In this document: piece by piece, positions 62,101-64,000 of the stretch
Numbering within the stretch: position 1 is the stretch's first letter
Layout: the number at the start of each line of letters is the position of its first letter
The notes under the pieces: generated by a model
Database searches by the model: none
What the model was told of the DNA's origin: nothing
What the model saw: only the letters and a program-made list of their open reading frames with translations
Assembly (NCBI GenBank): GCA_008632985.1
Contig: QPGO01000001.1
Coordinates: 900,404 to 964,403 of the forward strand
Direction of reading: 5' to 3'
Source of the DNA: Psammoneis japonica
Lineage: Eukaryota
DNA length: 64,000 nucleotides
Program-made: the position numbers and the translations under genes

Positions 62101-64000
62101 GTCCTCATGTTGGGCAGCATTGCCACATGGACGCAATTGAGCATTTCTTAAGTTGTGCAATTGATGACAAGGATGTGAAGCTGCTGATCACTGCCAAAAC
62201 GGTTTGCCATCACACTGCAATGCAACATCAATGGAAGCAAACTTCCAAGCACACCTTCAGCACAGTGATCATTTGAGTGTTGACTCCAATCCCAAAAAGA
62301 CTCTCAAAACTGTTGTGAAGGATGTGAAGCGGGGAGGTGCTGTCCGTTTGACAAGAGCTTTTGACTCCATTTCTGCTCAACTGCCATGTGACACCTCACA
62401 GGATCATTGACTTTGACCAACCCCACAAGATGCCAAGACCAATTTTTGACAGCTTGTTTTGACCGGAGAAGTGGAGCATGACTGTCAAAGACTGAATGTC
62501 CAAGGACACAGAGCCACCCCTGTTGGACGAGAGCACAGAGATGGATCTCATGAAATGGATCTGCAATTTGCACATGTCCTGCAGTGAGGAGGAAATTGTG
62601 ATTGGTGACATCAATGTCAGGGGAGCTTCTTGCAATGACAAATGCCCATCCAACTGGTTGCCATGCACACAAGTGTGCAGGCCAGTTTTGGCATTTGCAA
62701 ACTGGGAACAACTTTGGGGACAATGCAAACCCCTTGAACTGGCAAGTTGTCACAATGGCTCATCAGCAGTTGTTGCAGACATTGTGGCATTCAGAGGGAG
62801 TCATTGGCATGACTGCCTCATTTGTGCCACAAATTTGGTTCTGCCCGGAACCTGGTGATGAGGACATTGCATCTTTTGCACCGGCAATGGCAGACTCCAT
62901 CAACAAGGGAGTGTGTGATGAGCACAGCCTCTGAACAGTGCCTCCATGCACACACCATGTTGATGACAATGTGTGTGTGCAGATGTTTGAGTGCACCTCC
63001 CATGAATGCCAACGGCAAGCGCACTGTCACCATTCTGTGCACTCTGTTTGGGCATGCCCTTCACATGGTGGGAAGGGCCTTCGACTCTCGTGCACTAGCT
63101 GTTGGAATGCTTGAAAGCAAAAAGGACCAACTTTTCAAGGCATTGACCACATGGATTGAACATGTGACCGCCTGTGACTTTTGGATGCTGCGGGCCTTAA
63201 CAGGCTGCTCAAGAATCACACAAGATGTGTGCAATGGGTGCACCCACTCTTTTTCACAATGCAGAATGACACACAGGCGGCTTTCAAGCAACACCATCAC
63301 ATCATTCATGATTGGTGGAATGAGGATGTCAAGGCAAAAAGCAAACTCTACACCAATTGCCCAATTCCCAGTGCAAGCAAGTTGATCAAATTGTTGCCAA
63401 GGAGATGGCAGCCCCACTCTGGCACACGCGAGCCAAAATCCACTGTTAGATGAACTTTGGCATTCACTGCACTTGATTCAGAATTGCCTGCAGACTCGTC
63501 CCAAGTCATTCTTGGAATGCATTGGGTTTGTCATCCCAAGAGACCCAGATGTCCGGAGCTGCAGAGATGCAAACATGGATCATGGGGGGGTGGCTTTTGC
63601 CCAACACTCCATTTCTGGTTTGACATGGGATGGAGCCCCACATTTTGCATGGTGTCAGGAATGCTGGGCCATCCACAAAAAAGGGCATCTCCATGTCAAC
63701 CAACAACCAACTGGGGTTCCTCATTGTCACTCTCCAGTTTGCAGGTGCAATGACACGCATTCGAACTGTGACATGGGAGCAAGCAGAAAGCTGTTTTCTG
63801 GATGGGGTCTCCCCCTTGGCCTGTGATGCTCTCCAAATGCAACAACACTGGTTCAGTGAAGTGGAGTGACAAGACCTTCACTGCATTGCTCTTGGCACAG
63901 GCCCTCACTGCCCATTTTTGTGAACTCTTGAAAACTTTGAAGATTGGACAAGATGCTTGGCACCTTGAGGGGATGCTGAACAAATTGGTGGATGCCATCT
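59200..64000 (+). mobile_element. Second, highly degenerate DIRS/Ngaro-like retrotransposon (ORF1, RT, RNase H); runs off the window
   Basis: Relic motifs LHFNGDVAA...GGPHVG, PRPIFDS, WICNLHMSCSEEEIVIGD, PPCTHHVDDN (62941-62970), RAFDSRALAVGM, and RNase H-like FWFDMGWSP / HVNQ..QLGFLIVTLQ. Many stops and frameshifts; no recombinase inside the window. Confidence 0.65.

Overview
Eukaryotic genomic DNA, most likely from a pennate diatom. This is inferred from short GT-AG introns, diatom-type LRR/ARM/HPP genes and diatom-type tyrosine-recombinase retroelements. The window alternates between ordinary single-copy genes and blocks of transposon or repeat relics. The ordinary genes (32.9-48 kb and 55.6-57.6 kb) encode an ARM-MYND protein, a GapN-like ALDH, an HPP transporter, an ARM protein, a lectin-GH99 protein, a Trf4/PAPD5-like nucleotidyltransferase and a secreted PLA2. 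The relics are a long-TIR element, a CRE-like non-LTR element, two DIRS/Ngaro-type elements and several pseudogenes. The outstanding signal is that discrete blocks (about 8.7-10.75, 15.6-32.6, 34.6-35.8, 48.9-50.3, 52.1-53.0 and 58.2-64 kb) are almost free of the dinucleotide TpA. Comparing repeat copies and conserved protein motifs shows TpA was converted to TpG or CpA on both strands. Tyr codons became Cys or His, including the recombinase catalytic Tyr and the RT YxDD motif. This occurs even where CpG is still plentiful, and TA within TAA/TTA (especially TAAA/TTTA) is largely spared. It looks like a repeat-targeted A:T->G:C hypermutation process, the mirror image of fungal RIP, and is the candidate undescribed genome-defence system. 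No enzyme responsible is identifiable in this window. All counts are by-eye approximations.
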